From Thermoprotei archaeon (lineage in GTDB: Archaea > Thermoproteota > Thermoprotei_A > Sulfolobales > Desulfurococcaceae): a stretch of DNA of 49,404 nucleotides. Location of the stretch: contig QMWW01000001.1 in the NCBI GenBank assembly GCA_003661825.1, positions 1 through 49,404 on the forward strand, written 5' to 3'. Within the stretch, counting starts at the first letter, position 1; the number at the start of each line of letters is the position of its first letter. Of the stretch, positions 45,821 to 49,404 are shown in pieces. A model generated the notes under the pieces. The model was not told where the DNA came from, searched no databases, and was given only the letters and a program-made list of their open reading frames with translations. The translations under genes were made by a program, and so were the position numbers.

Positions 45821-46696
45821 CTACCTCTCCCTACCTCTGTGATGGTAGTAGGGTATTTGCGGCCTAGGTAGATATTCGACGCCTGGTCTCTGCTGTATTG
45901 CCTGGGGATAGAGCTCCATTAACTCGTAGATTTCTGGCGGTACATCTGTCGATACTGGAAGACCCATAGCCTTGGCTTCCTCAGCTGTTATTGGGTAGTC
46001 GTGTGTATAGTAGCCTTCGGTCAACTTCCTAGCTATTTCTCTCGCTTTATCTTCTCCGAGCCTGTCTTTTAATAAATACACTATTATCTCCTGGATTTCG
46101 CTGAGAGCTTTCTCGGCTACATCAGCGTATATCAGCGTTGTATCGCTTGCCTTATTTCCCTTGGTTCTAGCTATCTTGATTAGAGAGGGCGCTGGAAACA
46201 CTCCCTTGGGGGTCTGTAGCTGGGGATCTAGAGGTCCTAGGACAGCGTCTGGATCCATTATTATCTTATCGGCTGCGAGTGCTACAAGGGTGCCTCCGCT
46301 CATAGCGTAGTGGGGGATTATAACTATCTTCTCGCCTTTATGCTTCTTTAGAGCCATAGCTATCTGGGAAGCAGCTAGCACTAGTCCTCCAGGGGTATGT
46401 AGGATCAGAGCTATAGGTTGTTCTGGCGGTGTACTCCTTATAGCTCTCAGTATAGCTTCTGAATCCTCTATGTCTATGTACCTGTAGACCGGTATGCCGA
46501 AGAACCCTATCCTCTCCTGGCGGTGTATCATCGTTATAACGCGCCAGCCGTACTTTCTCTCAATGCTCTGTATGATGTGTAGCCTTGCGTGCTGTAAACT
46601 CCTCATCCGGAGCTGTGGATGTATCAGAGCATATAACAGGACTATCCAGAAGAGGAAACCGATAATATCTATACCTAACCAGCCAGTGTCAACCAA
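45821..46696 (-). CDS. SDH/ClpP-fold serine protease; mirror copy of 2709..3584
   Basis: Exact mirror with identical translation. Confidence 0.75.
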   Translation of the reverse strand: MVDTGWLGIDIIGFLFWIVLLYALIHPQLRMRSLQHARLHIIQSIERKYGWRVITMIHRQERIGFFGIPVYRYIDIEDSEAILRAIRSTPPEQPIALILHTPGGLVLAASQIAMALKKHKGEKIVIIPHYAMSGGTLVALAADKIIMDPDAVLGPLDPQLQTPKGVFPAPSLIKIARTKGNKASDTTLIYADVAEKALSEIQEIIVYLLKDRLGEDKAREIARKLTEGYYTHDYPITAEEAKAMGLPVSTDVPPEIYELMELYPQAIQQRPGVEYLPRPQIPYYHHRGRER

Positions 46697-46848
46697 CTCT
46701 ACGCTACACCTTAATGAAGTGTATAGTACGGCTTTGATATTAAGTCTTAGCCGCGATTAGGTCTTTAGGAAACAGGGCCTAGAACAAAACTTAATAGTTT
46801 ATAAACACGGCATTTTATAGTTGTAGACGGCTTTATACGGACTAGAGA

Positions 46849-47118
46849 ATGGGTGTTACTTTGGGCAGGGAACTCGGCGATGTCGACAAGTTCTTGAACA
46901 ACCTATGGGAGCCCCGCGACGAGGTAAACGATCTCCTAAGAGAAGCCTATAACCAGCTGTCAAGACAGCTCGACAACATACTCCTAGAGATTTCGCGCGA
47001 ACTACGCCTTAGCGAGGAGAATGTGAGCGAGCTAAGGTCTAAGATCCTCTGGGAGGTAAGCCAAGTAATTGACCAGATAATAGGCGATCTCAGGAGAGCC
47101 TTAGGTGGGCTACGTTGA
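46849..47118 (+). CDS. Hypothetical coiled-coil protein; mirror copy of 2287..2556
   Basis: Exact mirror with identical translation. Confidence 0.45.
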   Translation: MGVTLGRELGDVDKFLNNLWEPRDEVNDLLREAYNQLSRQLDNILLEISRELRLSEENVSELRSKILWEVSQVIDQIIGDLRRALGGLR

Positions 47119-47921
47119 AATCTGGGTATAGACCGGTAGCGATCGAGGAACTACTAGTAGCTGGAGAGAAGATCCTGTATAGAGCTCGGGTAGACGAGCT
47201 CAAAGCATACGAGGGCTTGAGTATAATACCCTTAGTAAGCGGTAGTGATCCTTACTTCTTCCTTAAGAATCTCGAGGTTGTTCTAACTAATAAGCGCTTA
47301 GTCTTTTTCCAGTCAACCGCAGATGGTGCCACGCTTCTACGAGAATTCAGTAAGGAAAGAGGGAAAGCTGTAGTAGCTTCACGTATAGGTCATTTAGTGC
47401 AGTACTTCTACCTACCCCTAAGCGATGTAGCTAGAATGGGTATTAGGTCCTTCCGTGGGATAGAAAAGATGTTCTACTTATCTCATCTTAGGAAGCTGAG
47501 CTATCCGCTTCTCTCGCTAGGAGTAGTGCTAGCTGCTCTAGGAGCTTCCCTATTGCTCCTAGTATTCACGCCTATCTACTCCATGTTAATTGAGCATCTG
47601 CTCGCACAAAGCTACGCTATAGCTATAGGATCCGCTCTCTTAGCTTTAGGAGTAATAGTAGGAGTTCTCAGTAGGAGACGCTATATGACGGTCGAGAGAT
47701 CGGAGAGTAGAGAGGTAGATTCAGTAGCACTAGCTATCACTACTTATCCACCGCTAAAACAGGGGTTCTCATCCAATGATGGAGCCTCTAGAGAAAGCTA
47801 TGAGGAAGAGTCTGGTACCACGCGCGGAGTCCCCATAACTATGGTTTTAGAATCCTATGGGGATAGGGCTAAGGAACTGCTAGAGCTAGCTATAGCGTTG
47901 AATAAAGCGGCTAAGCCTTAG
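47115..47921 (+). CDS. Hypothetical PH-like membrane protein; mirror copy of 1484..2290
   Basis: Exact mirror with identical translation. Confidence 0.5.
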   Translation: MKSGYRPVAIEELLVAGEKILYRARVDELKAYEGLSIIPLVSGSDPYFFLKNLEVVLTNKRLVFFQSTADGATLLREFSKERGKAVVASRIGHLVQYFYLPLSDVARMGIRSFRGIEKMFYLSHLRKLSYPLLSLGVVLAALGASLLLLVFTPIYSMLIEHLLAQSYAIAIGSALLALGVIVGVLSRRRYMTVERSESREVDSVALAITTYPPLKQGFSSNDGASRESYEEESGTTRGVPITMVLESYGDRAKELLELAIALNKAAKP

Positions 47922-48093
47922 CCACCTATACGCTGCTATGACCAGCTTCAACCAGCGTTCCCTCCTCGTATGTGTTGCGGGAAGCATATTGCACCAATAC
48001 TGTTTTAAGAGCTATAGCTGATACACGTGTTTAACGGAATAGGCTTCGCGCTAAAGTGCTTTCTCGAAAACCTCCAGTCCACGGTTCGAGCCG

Positions 48094-48699
48094 GTGGCAT
48101 GTAGTATGGCTAGACAAGGCTTAAGTACTAGTACTGGTCTCCACAGGCTTGTCCTCGTTCTACTACTCGTGGTTACAGCTATTGCGCTACACGTAGTGAG
48201 AGTACCGTTTCCACTGCTACCCATACTCTTGTTCGACTTAGCCGGGGTTCCACTAGTTGTTGCCAGTCTAGTCTCTCTACGTGCTACAACTCTGATGGGT
48301 CTTCCTCTCTTCTACTTAGGTGTGCTGGCTCTAGGTTCGCTTGAGCCTATAGGTCCTTTTATGAAGGCTTTCGCAGAGTTCTCCACATACTTACCAGTAG
48401 CACTAATGCATGAAAAATTCGTATCTAAGTGGGGTTATTCGCTGAAAACAAAGATGTTCCTAGTAGTACTAGCTACTGCGTCGAGAGTTGTATTCATGGC
48501 TTTACTCAACATAGCTTTTACACCACTCTACCTAATGTACTTCCTAGGGTTAGCGACAAATTACTGGGAGGGACTGTTAATGGTTCTCCAGATACTGCAC
48601 CTTATATCACTATTCAACGTTATAGCGGCTGTATACACGGTTCTATTGGCGTTCCCCGTTATAAGTATCCTTAAGAAGCTCAGAACAATACCTATCTGA
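48094..48699 (+). CDS. Possible ECF S-component membrane protein; mirror copy of 706..1311
   Basis: Exact mirror with identical translation. Confidence 0.5.
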   Translation: MACSMARQGLSTSTGLHRLVLVLLLVVTAIALHVVRVPFPLLPILLFDLAGVPLVVASLVSLRATTLMGLPLFYLGVLALGSLEPIGPFMKAFAEFSTYLPVALMHEKFVSKWGYSLKTKMFLVVLATASRVVFMALLNIAFTPLYLMYFLGLATNYWEGLLMVLQILHLISLFNVIAAVYTVLLAFPVISILKKLRTIPI

Positions 48700-48713
48700 G
48701 GATATTGTGAGCA

Positions 48714-49404
48714 ATGACTAGGCCTAGGAATACGAGCAGTAGGGAAGTACTTAGAGTAGAGAACCTATGGTTCCGCTACCCCAATAGCGAGTGGGTGCTT
48801 AGAGGAGTGAACCTTGTAGTGAATAGGGGGGAAATAATACTCGTAGTAGGCGATACCGGTTCCGGTAAAACCTCTCTTGTAAGAGCACTATCAGGAATTG
48901 GCGTAAAGGTTTATGGAGGAGAAGTACGTGGTAAAGTGTCAATACTCGGTGCATTCTCCGGAGAAGTATCTATGGAGGAAGCAGCTAGTCACGTAAAGGT
49001 GGTAAACCAGAACCCGTATACACACTTTGTGTACCCCAGGCTAGGCGTGGATCTCCTCTTGTACGCGGAAGAAGCATATGGAGATAGGGAGAAAGCTATT
49101 AGGGAAGTAGAGGGCTGGGCCGCCGCAACTGGTGCATGGGATATTCTTAGAAAAACTATTTTTGAAGCCTCTGGAGGAGAGCTGAGGAGAACGGCTATAG
49201 CTAAGGCATCGATCACCCATCCCTCCATCATCCTCCTCGATGAGCCACTAATGTGGTTAGACGATGATAGTACTGTAAAGCTGAGAGAGCTCCTAGTAGA
49301 GCTTAAGTCTAAGGGGGTCTCGATACTAGTTTTTGAGCATAGATTTCTCCCGATCCTAGACCTAGCGGATAGGGTCTACGAGCTACGAAACGGAGTATTG
49401 GTTC
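48714..49404 (+). CDS. ABC transporter ATP-binding protein (partial); mirror copy of 1..691
   Basis: I translated it manually from the ATG at 48714. It has Walker A GDTGSGKTS, SGGELRR and IILLDEP, and it runs off the window end. Confidence 0.85.
   Translation, partial: MTRPRNTSSREVLRVENLWFRYPNSEWVLRGVNLVVNRGEIILVVGDTGSGKTSLVRALSGIGVKVYGGEVRGKVSILGAFSGEVSMEEAASHVKVVNQNPYTHFVYPRLGVDLLLYAEEAYGDREKAIREVEGWAAATGAWDILRKTIFEASGGELRRTAIAKASITHPSIILLDEPLMWLDDDSTVKLRELLVELKSKGVSILVFEHRFLPILDLADRVYELRNGVLV

Larger units (their letters stand above)
1..49404. repeat. Whole-window perfect palindrome with no spacer: arm 1..24702 is the reverse complement of arm 24703..49404
   Basis: All ORFs in the track occur as mirror pairs with identical translations and coordinates summing to 49405. 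The first 33 nt are the reverse complement of the last 33 nt. The centre reads ...gcttattaattata|tataattaataagc... with no loop. Confidence 0.97.

Noticed and set aside
1-49404. Treating the mirrored gene pairs (two sat, two purA/purB, two Mrp clusters, two tnpB and so on) as paralogues, gene amplification or a two-copy system.
   Set aside because: The copies are base-for-base mirror images within one palindrome that spans the whole window. They carry no independent information, and they probably arise from a fold-back artefact.
1-49404. A virus or plasmid with long inverted terminal repeats.
   Set aside because: The cargo is chromosomal housekeeping (purine biosynthesis, sulfate activation, ion transport). 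There are no capsid, replication-initiator, integrase or resolvase genes. The arms abut with no spacer instead of sitting at opposite ends of a unique core.
1-49404. A CRISPR array, rRNA or tRNA genes.
   Set aside because: I saw no repeat-spacer periodicity, no rRNA-like stretch and no cloverleaf-compatible sequence in any intergenic region I read. This was a by-eye scan only, so a tRNAscan/Infernal run would be decisive.

Overview
The window is one perfect palindrome with no spacer. Bases 1..24702 are the reverse complement of 24703..49404, and the axis lies between 24702 and 24703 inside ...ttaattata|tataattaa.... Only about 24.7 kb is therefore unique, and every gene appears twice in mirror orientation.

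The unique arm reads like an ordinary chromosomal segment of a (hyper)thermophilic crenarchaeon-like archaeon. That assignment is an inference from gene content, frequent GTG/TTG starts, AGG/AGA-CTA-ATA codon style and CTAG-rich DNA.

Gene content of one arm, in order:
- a partial ECF-type ABC ATPase with a membrane component
- an uncharacterised coiled-coil plus membrane protein pair
- an SDH/ClpP-fold protease
- a transglutaminase-like protein
- a LysE-like exporter
- an RCK-gated K+ channel
- purB and purA
- an FAD oxidoreductase
- a TnpB (IS200/IS605 OrfB) element with a small AbrB-like ORF and omega-RNA-like hairpins
- an Mrp-type antiporter module (A-like, B, C, D)
- a decayed endonuclease III pseudogene with a textbook C/D-box sRNA candidate on its opposite strand
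- a thioredoxin-DsbD/CcdA fusion
- a KaiC-like ATPase
- a sulfur-assimilation cluster (cysteine synthase family, Zn-ribbon, RHH, sat, RHH)

I saw no CRISPR array, rRNA or tRNA. The headline observation is the palindrome itself. It is most parsimoniously a fold-back chimera or assembly artefact. A real inverted duplication or a hairpin-ended replicon are less likely but testable alternatives.
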